Positions 63,457 to 64,000 of a stretch of DNA of 64,000 bases are shown one piece after another. The DNA lies in NCBI GenBank assembly GCA_963666315.2, contig CAXXHG010000021.1:164869-228868 (forward strand). The letters are read 5' to 3'. Origin of the DNA: Candidatus Binatia bacterium. Its GTDB lineage: Bacteria; Desulfobacterota; Binatia; Bin18. Below the pieces are notes generated by a model. It saw nothing but the letters and a program-made list of their open reading frames with translations, did not search any database and was not told where the DNA came from. A program made the position numbers and the translations under genes. Positions within the stretch are counted from its first letter, which is position 1, and the number at the start of each line of letters is the position of its first letter.

Positions 63457-63945
63457 TCAGAGAAGAGCATTTTTCGTACCAGTGCTGCCATACAAAAAGC
63501 GCTGCTTATTCAGGAAGAGCGCGGCGTGTGAAGGGGAATGTCTACGCTCTTTGCAGATTATTTTTGCGGGGGTGACGCTTTTTGCAGACGAAGTCTGCGC
63601 AGGCTCTGCGGGATTTTCGGCCAGAGCGAGGCCAAAGCGAGGCAGAGGGAAAACTCCTGCGGCATGCAGGGCTGCGCGGCACGTCCAGACAATGTCGAGT
63701 TGACTCGGCGCCCCTTCTGGCGGTACCAGGGACGATAGCATCGCAAGGCGAAGCGCCAGAAAGACGCCAACGACACACAAAGCAAAACCGTACTTTATAG
63801 TATTGAGCAATAACGTAAGCCCGCCCATCTCCGGGGTATTCGCTTTTACGTCAACCCAAGGCGCTGCAAGCCGAAAGAACCACCAGAGCGCCACCCCAAC
63901 CACCAGAAAAGCACCCATCGAAATGAAAATTTTATGCTTCGGCAT
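63457..63945 (-). CDS. Small membrane protein or gene fragment
   Basis: Two hydrophobic segments in the first 70 aa; the remainder looks non-coding-like. Confidence 0.35.
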   Translation of the reverse strand: MPKHKIFISMGAFLVVGVALWWFFRLAAPWVDVKANTPEMGGLTLLLNTIKYGFALCVVGVFLALRLAMLSSLVPPEGAPSQLDIVWTCRAALHAAGVFPLPRFGLALAENPAEPAQTSSAKSVTPAKIICKERRHSPSHAALFLNKQRFLYGSTGTKNALL

Positions 63946-64000
63946 GACGAAGGACAGTGGACGACAGGTCTAAAATGTAAAGACAAACGTGACGCCCCCG

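Overview
A gene-dense bacterial window of accessory metabolism with a few core genes (ligA, htrA/degP, speA, aguA/aguB, tsaC/SUA5, ino1). The gene content (many LLM/SDR/MFS/GST genes, DUF1329, multicopy cyclase-STAND-TPR genes) suggests a Binatia/deltaproteobacterial-type genome; this is inference only. I found no rRNA, tRNA or CRISPR array. More than a dozen pseudogenes or gene scars sit among intact housekeeping genes, pointing to ongoing genome erosion. Main signals: (1) two genes split by an in-frame TGA inside a redox motif (AhpD-like CHYU; peroxiredoxin-like UPPC), each followed by a hairpin whose AGUUN loop begins after exactly 16 nt, i.e. two likely selenoproteins with a shared SECIS; (2) a styrene-oxide-isomerase (StyC) homolog with intact catalytic residues, coupled to a ferritin-like di-metal protein instead of styAB; (3) a decayed cytochrome c + copper (PHM-type) monooxygenase + beta-propeller gene; (4) a ~130-aa LENP...SGWxC module in three copies on two secreted proteins; (5) five remnants of a cyclase-STAND-TPR family with a heptamer-repeat hypervariable loop; (6) a promoter-leader-terminator directly upstream of ligA. 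All family calls come from motif recognition, not database searches.
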